The notes under the pieces: model-generated
The model's input: only the letters and a program-made list of their open reading frames with translations
Database searches by the model: none
Told to the model about the DNA's origin: nothing
Origin: Waterburya sp.
GTDB taxonomy: Bacteria > Cyanobacteriota > Cyanobacteriia > Cyanobacteriales > Xenococcaceae
DNA length: 64,000 bases
Assembly: GCA_965217895.1 (NCBI GenBank)
Contig: CBDCJV010000002.1
Location: 480,001-544,000 of the forward strand
Reading direction: 5' to 3'
Part shown: one piece after another, positions 10,133 to 19,160 of the stretch
How the letters are laid out: each line of letters starts with the position of its first letter
How positions within the stretch are numbered: position 1 is the first letter of the stretch
Translations under genes and position numbers: made by a program

Positions 10133-10228
10133 TATAGCAATCCTAAATGAAGTGTAAAATTTTTGTTCTTTATTCCCTATTCCCAATACCAAAATTTAAC
10201 TGTCCACAAATGAAATAGGATTACTATA
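10133..10228. mobile_element. MITE-like element with TATAG(C/T)AATCCTA inverted ends
   Basis: tatagcaatcctaaatgaagtgt ... acaaatgaaataggattactata; IS630-like TA ends, no ORF. Confidence 0.6.
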
Positions 10229-10238
10229 GCTATTAAAT

Positions 10239-11000
10239 TTAGTGACGTACTTGTTTTTGGTTGCGCGTCGAAAAGTAGAGGACAACCGACAGCAGAATTA
10301 GGGCAATGATCGAAGCATAACCTCTTGAGAGTGATAAACCACCTTTTGCCGTTGGCTTGGTCAGAAAGTCGCCAAAAGTAGCTCCAAAGGGACGGGTAAA
10401 AATGAATGCGAGCCAGAATAGTAAAACAGCGTTAATCTTGGTTGCGTAGTGCAGGGAGATGACAACAATAATGACGGTAGCAGTTACCAATGCACCCTGG
10501 ATATAGCTCAATCCCATGTTGTCTGTTAGAAAGTCACCAAAAGCTGTTCCCAAACTATTGGAAAATACCACCGCTATCCAATAGGTAGTCTCTGCGTCTT
10601 TCTTGATAATCGGGTAAACACTCAAATCGCGATCGCGATAGTACCAGACAGCGAGAGTGGTCAAAAGACAGGCTATTAGAATCAGAGATCCCACTGCGTA
10701 GCCCAGACCAAGAGAGCGATCCATGAGGTCGGAAACTTCTGTTCCTGCTGTGGTTGTAGCAATGATGGCTAACCAAAAAAGGGCTGGACGATATTTCTCA
10801 CTTTGAATTTGAAAAAAGAGGATAATTGCCAGGAGTGCGACCGTTATAGCGAAGCCGACGTAGTAGCCCCAGTTGAGTCCTTGTGAAATAAAGTCACCTG
10901 CGGTTTCCCCCAGAGTTGTGGCGATAACCTTCATGATCCAGAAGAAAATCGTGACTTGTGCGACCTTGTTGGCAACTCTATTCGTTTTAACCTTGTTCAT
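10239..11000 (-). CDS. COG4705/DUF347 membrane protein
   Basis: NKVAQVTIFFWIMKVIATTLGETAGD, GTAFGD, FIFTRPFGATFGDFLTKP. Confidence 0.9.
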   Translation of the reverse strand: MNKVKTNRVANKVAQVTIFFWIMKVIATTLGETAGDFISQGLNWGYYVGFAITVALLAIILFFQIQSEKYRPALFWLAIIATTTAGTEVSDLMDRSLGLGYAVGSLILIACLLTTLAVWYYRDRDLSVYPIIKKDAETTYWIAVVFSNSLGTAFGDFLTDNMGLSYIQGALVTATVIIVVISLHYATKINAVLLFWLAFIFTRPFGATFGDFLTKPTAKGGLSLSRGYASIIALILLSVVLYFSTRNQKQVRH

Positions 11001-11061
11001 TGACTTTCCACCAAAAATTTAAATTTTTACTATTTTTTCCACCCAAACTTTAGGAAATAAT

Positions 11062-11080
11062 TGTCAGGAACTTTGCAAGA
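11062..11080 (-). promoter_or_regulatory. Operator-like box TCTTGCAAAGTTCCTGACA upstream of COG4705 gene 1
   Basis: Identical 19-mer at 13276-13294; followed after 9 nt by TAAAGT (-10-like). Confidence 0.7.
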
Positions 11081-11119
11081 AATAGAATTTTTTGATCGCG
11101 ATCGCCTAAATAAATTGTT

Positions 11120-12349
11120 CTACTTTTTAAGTTTCTGTCCAATATCTAACAAATTGCCGTTAAATAAGGCTCGGTCGAGACGTTTAATTATGCCTTTCAA
11201 ATCTTGTTCGTGATATCGCTTGCTGATTTGCTCAATGCCATCAACTAGATCTAGGCGATTTATGTCGGTTAAGGGTTTAATCAATTCACGATAACAATTT
11301 TCTTCATAATTATCGCTGATATAACAGGTATCAACCAGCTTCTCTTTGGAGACATCTTTTTCTTTAAAGGTAGAAATTTGCTCTAGCAATCCTAACGACA
11401 AAAAAGCCGTCATTGTTCTGACGCACTTTTCACATTTGCCACAGTTGTAGTTGCCCTCGCTATAGCTCTCCTTTTCATTACACACCCGAAGATGTTTGAG
11501 AGCTATATCCCATTCTCCTACTAGCTTAGTTTTTTCTAATCTGGATAAGGCTACATTTTCATGGCGTATTTGTAGACCAGTAGTGCTATATAAAGGATCG
11601 AGCAAAGGATGAGAACCCCAAGGTTCTAGGTTGGCAAAGTCATAGGTAGAGGCAATGGAAGCAAAACTCAATCGAGTCACAAAAGCATGAGCGATCGCTG
11701 CGAGGAAAGAACCATGGTATTCAAATCGCCAAAAGCTAAAGTCAGGATCTAAATCGCGAAAATGAGCGTAGGCATTGGTATAAACTTGAATGAGTTTAAT
11801 ACCTGCATCTTCTGCCATTGCGCTTACGGCATTGATTACGTTTTGAAAATTGGGATCGAATTCGTTTTCTCCTTGCAAAACCCCGTAAACTAAAATCCCA
11901 TCTTTAATATGTCGGGGATGATCTTTAGCAAAATTGAGATGATTATCTCGTACCATCGCTAAAGCATCAATGCCACCCGAAAATAATGCTCCTGCTCTGG
12001 GTGGCTTATCAGCAAACAAAACTTCTGTTTCCAGGGGAGCTTCAATGGGAATTACTTTGCGTCCTTCGACCTGCCAATTACTTAAGCACTTCATGGAGTT
12101 AATTAAACCATCTTTAATTTCAGGAGAAATCGACCCATCAAGAGCAATTCGCTGTTCTCCGTAGCGCATGGCAGGCAAAGCGCAAGCTAGTAAAAAAGAG
12201 TTGGGATTGAGAAAAAGAGCATCTCCAAATTCAGTAGTCGTTTCAAAATAAACATCTTGACTAGGGCGATCGCGATTTTCCCAAATTACCTTGGCGATTA
12301 TTCTTACTCGATCTGCGTTGCTCTCTTTTCTGAGATTTTCAATTTTCAT
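11120..12349 (-). CDS. PP-loop (adenine nucleotide alpha-hydrolase-like) protein with C-terminal Cys cluster
   Basis: ALFSGGIDA PP-loop; LRVC...NCGKCEKCVRT putative Zn site as in QueC-like folds. Confidence 0.65.
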   Translation of the reverse strand: MKIENLRKESNADRVRIIAKVIWENRDRPSQDVYFETTTEFGDALFLNPNSFLLACALPAMRYGEQRIALDGSISPEIKDGLINSMKCLSNWQVEGRKVIPIEAPLETEVLFADKPPRAGALFSGGIDALAMVRDNHLNFAKDHPRHIKDGILVYGVLQGENEFDPNFQNVINAVSAMAEDAGIKLIQVYTNAYAHFRDLDPDFSFWRFEYHGSFLAAIAHAFVTRLSFASIASTYDFANLEPWGSHPLLDPLYSTTGLQIRHENVALSRLEKTKLVGEWDIALKHLRVCNEKESYSEGNYNCGKCEKCVRTMTAFLSLGLLEQISTFKEKDVSKEKLVDTCYISDNYEENCYRELIKPLTDINRLDLVDGIEQISKRYHEQDLKGIIKRLDRALFNGNLLDIGQKLKK

Positions 12350-12451
12350 AAATTAATTTATGTTTTAAATAAAACGACAATCTGATAAAATTACCGAGAT
12401 TCCTGCTTATGGAGGTTTCTAAGAAATAGAAAGTAAAAACGGTAATTTTTC

Positions 12452-13222
12452 TTAGCTGTCACTAGGTAGTTTGGTCAATTGGGCTGGTTTTTTTTGCTTA
12501 ATGGTCATGTAAATAATTAAGATGGCGATTGTAGTGATAAAGCTGATAGTAGTTCCCACTGTACCGAAACCAAGCCCACCATTTTTAACAGGTTGAGATA
12601 ATAGATCGCCAATAGATGCCCCTAGTGGACGAGTTAAAACATAAGTCAGCCAAAAGGTTAAAACTGCATTCATGCCAAAGCGATAATAAGCAACCGCAAT
12701 TATAGCAATTACTCCTCCAAACACAAGCGCAGAAACCGCATAACCAAGACTTAATCCTTCTGCTAATAAGTCTCCTGCTGCTGTCCCCAAGGCAAAAGTT
12801 AATAAGATAGCAGCCCAGTAAAATAGCTCTCTTTTGGTTGTTTTGATCGAGTGCATTGCTAATGTCTTTTCACTTTGATACCACACGGCAAAAAGAGCTA
12901 ATAAACCCAGAGTAAAAATTATGGTGATGGTTACTAGACTAACTCCCATCTCATCTACTAGGCGATCGGTAATTAAGGTGCCGACAATACTAACTAAAAC
13001 CACCACAGCCCAGTAACTTACTGGTATATATCGTTTCAGTCTAAACTGATTCCAAAGCACAACCGCCAAAATAGCAGCCATGAGATAGGATGTAGCTGCT
13101 AACCCAAAATTCATGGTAAATGCTAAAAAATCTGCTCCTGTTTCCCCGACGGTAGTTGCCATAATCTTAATAATCCAGAAATATAGCGTTACCTCTGGAA
13201 CTCTATTCAACATCCTGTTCAT
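12452..13222 (-). CDS. COG4705/DUF347 membrane protein
   Basis: NRVPEVTLYFWIIKIMATTVGETGAD, RELFYWAAILLTFALGTAAGD, LTRPLGASIGDLL. Confidence 0.9.
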   Translation of the reverse strand: MNRMLNRVPEVTLYFWIIKIMATTVGETGADFLAFTMNFGLAATSYLMAAILAVVLWNQFRLKRYIPVSYWAVVVLVSIVGTLITDRLVDEMGVSLVTITIIFTLGLLALFAVWYQSEKTLAMHSIKTTKRELFYWAAILLTFALGTAAGDLLAEGLSLGYAVSALVFGGVIAIIAVAYYRFGMNAVLTFWLTYVLTRPLGASIGDLLSQPVKNGGLGFGTVGTTISFITTIAILIIYMTIKQKKPAQLTKLPSDS

Positions 13223-13275
13223 AATGCTTGACTAGTATTTTTATTTTTAATAGACAACTTACCCTAATGAATAAA

Positions 13276-13294
13276 TGTCAGGAACTTTGCAAGA
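13276..13294 (-). promoter_or_regulatory. Operator-like box TCTTGCAAAGTTCCTGACA upstream of COG4705 gene 2
   Basis: Identical to 11062-11080; followed after 9 nt by TAGGGT (-10-like). Confidence 0.7.
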
Positions 13295-13413
13295 TTTTGA
13301 ACTAAACCCGATTTACTTTAAAAGCGGAAAAAACAGAAATTATTGCTATTTTGTTGATTTTTTATTCAAGCTAAACTATGATTGATGAATAGTTAGTTAT
13401 TGGAATAATAAAC

Positions 13414-13776
13414 GTGTCTAATGATTTTGGTATATTAATTCGCCAAGCGCGAAAAGAAAAAAAGCATTCTCAAAGAGAATTGGCTAAACTATTGAAAATA
13501 GATTTTACCTATTTATCTAAACTAGAAAATAATCGTGCAGATTATGCCCCCAAAGAAGAGGTGATTCGCGGTTTGGCAAGACATTTAGATTTAGATCAAG
13601 AAGAACTAATTTTTCTGGCTGGAAGAATACCTCAACAGGAGGAAGATTTACTCAAGCAACATTATAAAGATATGCCTGCTTTATTTCGTCGAATGCGAGA
13701 AAATCCTGAATTTGCTCAAAGAGTATTTCGCGAAGCTTCCACCACACAGACATCTCACGCGGGTCAGGACACTTAA
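13414..13776 (+). CDS. XRE-family HTH transcriptional regulator
   Basis: FGILIRQARKEKKHSQRELAKLLKIDFTYLSKLENN HTH_3 pattern. Confidence 0.9.
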   Translation: MSNDFGILIRQARKEKKHSQRELAKLLKIDFTYLSKLENNRADYAPKEEVIRGLARHLDLDQEELIFLAGRIPQQEEDLLKQHYKDMPALFRRMRENPEFAQRVFREASTTQTSHAGQDT

Positions 13777-13812
13777 ATCGAAGTGTCTTTAGATAGCTAG
13801 GAGCAATAATTT

Positions 13813-14451
13813 GTGAGTGTTTTTCGTCCATTTAGATTTATTTCTAAAATTGATATTGAGGCTGCTGCTTTGGATGTTTGGCTACAAATGGAGAAAGCGA
13901 AAAACAAGCCCCAATTGCCAGTTGATGCTAGCATTATTGCCGAGTTTCTAGACTTAGATTTAGTCTGGGATCGAATTGCTGATGACGAACAGGGGAAAAT
14001 AGCAGCCAGAATTTTACCTTTAGAAAAGCTAATAGAAATTAATGAAGATCTGCCACAGCTAAGAGGAGGTTTTGGCGAATCAACCATTGCCCATGAGATT
14101 GGACATTGGGTACTGCATATTGATACTGAAAAGATAGACAGCTACAGTCGGCTTAAAGAAAAGGGTGTCGATGTGAAGGTTAAGCCTTTTCTCTGTCGCA
14201 GTGGCGATAGTTTGGCAAGGATTGAGTGGCAAGCACAATACTTTGCAGGATGCTTGCTGATGCCACAGCACATATTAACAGAATTGAAGCAGGGTAAAGA
14301 TTTAACTAAATGGCAGCATCTTTATCGAATGGCTCAACAGTTGGGCGTAACTATCTCTAATTTGACAACTCGTTTACAAGATCTAGGCTGGATTTCTCTT
14401 GATGCAGATACCCGCAAAATTAAATTAATAAATAATTTATCTAATGTCTAA
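13813..14451 (+). CDS. ImmA/IrrE-family metallopeptidase
   Basis: STIAHEIGHWVLH (HExxH) and IEWQAQYFAGCLLMP. Confidence 0.9.
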   Translation: MSVFRPFRFISKIDIEAAALDVWLQMEKAKNKPQLPVDASIIAEFLDLDLVWDRIADDEQGKIAARILPLEKLIEINEDLPQLRGGFGESTIAHEIGHWVLHIDTEKIDSYSRLKEKGVDVKVKPFLCRSGDSLARIEWQAQYFAGCLLMPQHILTELKQGKDLTKWQHLYRMAQQLGVTISNLTTRLQDLGWISLDADTRKIKLINNLSNV

Positions 14452-15795
14452 ATGATCTTTTATTTCTTGAGCTAGCCAAGCTGCTTCTTCTTCTTTTAAT
14501 GCGCCACCAAGGTTATAAATGCGATCGCTCCCTCGCAATGCAACCTGAAAAATAGAGCCTGTGCGCTGCACAAAAACGTTATTTATTTTTTGACTAGCTA
14601 AAGTACTTTTATTATATTTCAAACCCAAAGCGTTACTGTAAATTACGGTCATATTGTTATTGATAAATATGTCTGTTTTTGATACAAGCAACAAGAAAAG
14701 CTTGATTAATACCATTAAAGGAAATATTAACAACAAGGTGGGAAAAAATGTCGTAAAAAACAAGGAAAAGCAGAACCAGGTGAATAAAGCCGCTAATCCA
14801 CTACAGCCACTATTAAAAAGCTCATTTGCTCTATCAAAACCCCCTGCGGGTATCTTGATTTCTAACAGACCTTTTTCCTTTTTTAGTTCAACTAGCGTTA
14901 GGGGAGCAATACTGTTAATTTTGTATTTATTGGTTGCTCGTTTGGTGAAAATTTCCGACTGGTTACTATAATTATAAGTAAACATCTTAGAAAGCAAAGT
15001 TTCCTTAGCTTCAACGGCATTTTGAAAACGTTTTTCTACCGTTAATTCTGTTATTTTCTCTAACCAATCAATCAAGTCTGGTTTAATATTAACGCGATCG
15101 CGAAATTGAATTCGAGAATCTTTATGAGGCAAATCCGCAGGGGATTTTCCTGTTAATAAATGAATTAAAGTTCCCCCCAAAGCATATAAATCTGAAGCCT
15201 CAACCGCCCTACCCCAAAACTGTTCTAAAGGCGCATAACCCACTGTACCAACAACTGTAAAAGTAATTCCCGTAACGGCTGCCTGTGCCTGCACTGCGCC
15301 AAAATCGATTAAATAAATGCGATCGTCTTCTCCCAAAATTATATTACTGGGCTTAATATCTCGATGTAGTACCGAGGGATTTAATTGATGTAGATAAATT
15401 AGAATATCCAAAGTTTCTTGGGCGATACTCCGAATTTTATCCTCAGTAAAACGCCGACTTTGTTCTAATAGTTCTTGTAAAGATAAGCCAGGAATATATT
15501 GCTGTACCAGAGCAAACCAAGGAACACCTTCGCCAACTTCCTTATCTAAATCAAAATAATCATAATATTTAGGAATGCAGGGATGGTCTAGAGCTTTTAG
15601 TGTCTGCGCTTCTCTTTCAAACAGCTTTAATTCTTCCCAGCGCATTTGTGGATTAAACGCCAATAGCTTGATCGCGACAAATTCGGTACTTACCCGATCG
15701 CTCGCCAGCCAAGTTTGATGTCCTGCTGCGGTACGCCCTAAACGCCTTTGCAGTTGATATCGAGAATTTAAGACTTGATCTTCTTTAAATACCAT
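14437..15795 (-). CDS. Ser/Thr protein kinase with C-terminal membrane domain
   Basis: VAIK, HRDIKPSNI, LIDFG, GYAPLEQF, SDLYALG; hydrophobic segments near the C-terminus. Confidence 0.92.
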   Translation of the reverse strand: MVFKEDQVLNSRYQLQRRLGRTAAGHQTWLASDRVSTEFVAIKLLAFNPQMRWEELKLFEREAQTLKALDHPCIPKYYDYFDLDKEVGEGVPWFALVQQYIPGLSLQELLEQSRRFTEDKIRSIAQETLDILIYLHQLNPSVLHRDIKPSNIILGEDDRIYLIDFGAVQAQAAVTGITFTVVGTVGYAPLEQFWGRAVEASDLYALGGTLIHLLTGKSPADLPHKDSRIQFRDRVNIKPDLIDWLEKITELTVEKRFQNAVEAKETLLSKMFTYNYSNQSEIFTKRATNKYKINSIAPLTLVELKKEKGLLEIKIPAGGFDRANELFNSGCSGLAALFTWFCFSLFFTTFFPTLLLIFPLMVLIKLFLLLVSKTDIFINNNMTVIYSNALGLKYNKSTLASQKINNVFVQRTGSIFQVALRGSDRIYNLGGALKEEEAAWLAQEIKDHLDIR

Positions 15796-16178
15796 GCGAT
15801 CGCCTTGATAAAATCAGTAAGGTACATAATTAATATTAAAAATCAATCAGAACCAAGATTCTTGAAAATATTTAAGTTGAATGGAAAACAGTATCTTCAT
15901 TTAGTCTGAACGTTTTTGCACTAGATTGACAACTATTTAGCAAAATTTTAAATATTTCTTATGCGATCGCTTCAGTTCTCTTAGAACAGACAAGTTATTG
16001 AGCGAAGGCAGCAAGGTGTAACCACCGCAGCTAGTCAGACGGCAGAAGTCAGAAGGTTGATCTTTGAATTGTTCTTTGCAAATGACCCAAGACTATCTTT
16101 TTAGAAAGGTAGTTAACAATAATTTATGCAAGAAGTCTAATATACTTAAAGGATATTTTAAACGCTATTTTTTTGTTT

Positions 16179-16367
16179 ATGAATCAACCATCAAAAATTA
16201 ATAATCCTAATTTAACTTCTATACAAGAACCAATAACTAGTGCTGCACCAGAAGTAAAACAAATTATTGAGGAAATCCTAAAACTAGAAAAAGATAAGCT
16301 ATATTTAAAGACTCCTCGCAATATCAATGAAGATGTTTTAAATATAATCAAAAAAATTGTGCCATGA
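16179..16367 (+). CDS. Small protein translationally coupled to the ABC-ATPase
   Basis: About 62 aa (EPITSAAPEVKQIIEEILKLEKDKLY..NINEDVLNIIK); ATGA overlap with the next gene. Confidence 0.75.
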   Translation: MNQPSKINNPNLTSIQEPITSAAPEVKQIIEEILKLEKDKLYLKTPRNINEDVLNIIKKIVP

Positions 16368-18427
16368 AGCTAATTAATCTGCAACTATGCAACTTTAGAC
16401 AATTTTATGGCAAAACGATCCAAATCAAATTTGCTAGTGGAGAAAAAAATACGACGGTTATTTATGGCAATAATGGTGCAGGAAAAACGTCGATTCTTAA
16501 TGCTTTTACCTGGGTGCTATACGAAAAGTTTACCGCTGCTTTTGCCTTTCCCGAACTATTAGTTAATCAACGTGCTGTTACGGAGGCGCAAGCAGATCGG
16601 GCGGTGGAATGCTGGGTAGAGCTACAGTTTGAGCGCGATCGCAAACTTTATCAGCTCAAGCGTAAGTGTTACGCTAGCAAAAATACAGCCAATCAGATTC
16701 AATACAGCCAAACTAAGCTGTTTATGCTAGTTGCGGGGGATGATGGACGTTGGTATCCACCTCTTGAGTCTCCAGAAGATATTATTGACAGGATTTTACC
16801 TGCAAGCCTGCATCAATATTTTTTCTTTGATGGCGAAAGGATTGACAGTTTTTTTCGCCATAATCAGCATCATAGTATTGCTGAAGATACTAAAGAATTG
16901 TTAGGAGTAAAGGTTTTAGATCGGGCAATAGAACATTTGAAAAAAGCCAAGCGAACTTTACAAGAAGAATTACAGGAGTTAGGAGATACTAAAACTAAGC
17001 AGTTGGTAAAACAGCAAATTAAATTAGAGCAAGAAAGCGAAAATTTGGCACAGCGTAAAAACGGAATAATTGCTAAAGTTACCCAGCTTGAAGAACGTAA
17101 ATCTAGTTTATCTAATCAGCTTTTAGAAGCTAGTGGTGCAGATAAAATACAAGAGTTAAAAAATAAGTTAGTTAAACAGGAAGCAGCAGTTAAAAAAGAT
17201 ATTATTCAAAGTAAGGATAAGCTTAAAAAAAGCATTTCTCAAGATAGCTATCTAGTCTTTTTGCCCGATCTAAATAATAAGTTTGTTAAATTGCTGGAGC
17301 AGTTACGCGATCGCGGTCAATTATCTAGCGGCATCAAACAAGAATTTATTCAACAATTGTTACAGCAAAAAAGCTGTATTTGTGGTGCAGAATTGAAACC
17401 AGATACAGATGCCTATCAAAAGGTAAAATCTTGGCTAAAAAAAGTAGAAATAAAAAATGTGGAAGAATCTGCTATTCGTTTAGAAACTCAGGTAAGCAAA
17501 ATTAAATCTCGCTCAGATATATTTTGGCAACAATTAGACCAGCAGCAGGTAGAAATAAAGCATCAATATTTAGAAATAAATCGTCTAGAATCAGAAATAA
17601 CCAAAACTAATAAACAGCTAAAAAGCTATCCTGATCGAGATATTCAACAGCTACAGCAAAAAATAGAGCAAATCGAATCGCAGCTTAAAAAACTGATTTT
17701 GGAACAGGGGATAAATCAACAGCAGCAAAGCGATCGCGCCTCACAATTAAGCAAGCTAGCTCAAACAATATCCCAACATCAGCTAACCGAAAATAAGCAG
17801 AAATTGGCACAAAGGCGCATCGATCTAACTCAAGAATCTATTGTCAGATTAAACGAAGTAAGAACTCGTTTAGAACAGCAATTTAGATTAGCTTTAGAGC
17901 AAAAGGTTCAAGAAATATTTAGCTTTATTTCTTTTACTCCCTATCTACCCAAACTAAGCTCTAATTACGAACTAACTTTAGTCGAAAACACATCGGGAGT
18001 AGAAGTACCTGTTGCAGCTTCGACTGGAGAAAATCAAATTCTTAGCCTCTCGTTTATTGGCGGTATAATCGATCGCGTTAGACAGTGGAGTCAGCGAAAT
18101 ACCTTAGTAGGTTATGATAGCAGTACCTTTCCCATCGTCATGGATTCTCCTTTCGGCAGTTTAGATCAGGTTTATCGACGACAGGTAGCCAAAGCTATTC
18201 CCGAACTCGCCAATCAATTAGTGATTTTGGTAACTAAAACCCAGTGGCTAGGGGAAGTAGCAACAGAAACACGCTCGCGAATCGCCCAAGAATATGTCTT
18301 AACCTACTATTCACCAAAGACAAACTGTGAACCAGACTATATCAATCTTCAGCAGCAAGATTACCCTTTAGTTCAACCTAGCGGTAATAATTTTGAGTAC
18401 ACGAAAATTATGGCAATTAAAAATTAA
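16364..18427 (+). CDS. Rad50/SbcC/DndD-like coiled-coil ABC ATPase with CxC hook
   Basis: Walker A GNNGAGKT, FFFDGE, long coiled coil with central SCICG, signature ASTGENQ, Walker B/D-loop IVMDSPFGSLD. Confidence 0.9.
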   Translation: MKLINLQLCNFRQFYGKTIQIKFASGEKNTTVIYGNNGAGKTSILNAFTWVLYEKFTAAFAFPELLVNQRAVTEAQADRAVECWVELQFERDRKLYQLKRKCYASKNTANQIQYSQTKLFMLVAGDDGRWYPPLESPEDIIDRILPASLHQYFFFDGERIDSFFRHNQHHSIAEDTKELLGVKVLDRAIEHLKKAKRTLQEELQELGDTKTKQLVKQQIKLEQESENLAQRKNGIIAKVTQLEERKSSLSNQLLEASGADKIQELKNKLVKQEAAVKKDIIQSKDKLKKSISQDSYLVFLPDLNNKFVKLLEQLRDRGQLSSGIKQEFIQQLLQQKSCICGAELKPDTDAYQKVKSWLKKVEIKNVEESAIRLETQVSKIKSRSDIFWQQLDQQQVEIKHQYLEINRLESEITKTNKQLKSYPDRDIQQLQQKIEQIESQLKKLILEQGINQQQQSDRASQLSKLAQTISQHQLTENKQKLAQRRIDLTQESIVRLNEVRTRLEQQFRLALEQKVQEIFSFISFTPYLPKLSSNYELTLVENTSGVEVPVAASTGENQILSLSFIGGIIDRVRQWSQRNTLVGYDSSTFPIVMDSPFGSLDQVYRRQVAKAIPELANQLVILVTKTQWLGEVATETRSRIAQEYVLTYYSPKTNCEPDYINLQQQDYPLVQPSGNNFEYTKIMAIKN

Positions 18428-18514
18428 TATTAATAAATTTTTCAACAATTAAGTTATAACTGTATCGGTTGCTATACCAATCAGTTACGGGAGAAGAATA
18501 GGAGAAAAACGACA

Positions 18515-19150
18515 ATGCTTTTCTTAGATTATACACAAGTCAAATACTGCAAGTTGAAAAATAATGATCGAGCCATAACAGGACTTATTTATAATGGTAA
18601 TGTCTTTACCAGAGCCAAAGCTTTTCCCAAAGAAGAATTAGAAGCAGCTATCAAAGAATGTAGAGAAGAATACTTAGATCACGAAGAACGTTCTAAAATT
18701 GCTACTTTACTAGTTAAAGATAAAAATTCTGTCGGAATTTGGATGCAAAGCGATCGCTTTAAAGCGTCTGATGCTATAGCTTCTAGTGAAGAAAAGCAAT
18801 CACCTGATGCAAAATTGTCTTCAGCTAGTTCTAGTCAGCCAAAATCAGACCTGAGCAAAATTAGTGTTCGGCAAATAGCATCAGAAATGCGTTCAGAAAC
18901 AGGCGTAGAAATTAAAACTCGCCGTTACAAACTTAAGCTATATCAGCGTTGTTTTTTAGGCAATGAGGCTGTAGATTGGATTGTCAAACGAGTTAACATT
19001 TCTCGTGCTGATGCGGTTAGATTAGGTCAAAAAATGCTGGACAAAAACATTTTTGACCATGCAACAAACGAACATCAATTCAAAGATGAAGAGTTGTTTT
19101 ACCGTTTCCGAGATGATGAAGGTAAAAGTTTATGGAATAGCAAAATTTAA
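18515..19150 (+). CDS. DEP-domain protein
   Basis: C-terminal IKTRRYKLKLYQRCFLGNEAVDWI..SRADAVRLGQKML..HQFKDEELFYRF is the DEP signature. Confidence 0.8.
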   Translation: MLFLDYTQVKYCKLKNNDRAITGLIYNGNVFTRAKAFPKEELEAAIKECREEYLDHEERSKIATLLVKDKNSVGIWMQSDRFKASDAIASSEEKQSPDAKLSSASSSQPKSDLSKISVRQIASEMRSETGVEIKTRRYKLKLYQRCFLGNEAVDWIVKRVNISRADAVRLGQKMLDKNIFDHATNEHQFKDEELFYRFRDDEGKSLWNSKI

Positions 19151-19160
19151 TTGCATTTCC

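Noticed and set aside
12408..12426. Possible extra operator copies here, near 55845 and near 56700
   Set aside because: Weak match and no -10 hexamer at the conserved 11-nt spacing
16364..18427. Calling the ATPase dndD of a phosphorothioation system, or sbcC
   Set aside because: No dndB/C/E or sbcD gene in the window; only a family-level call is supportable
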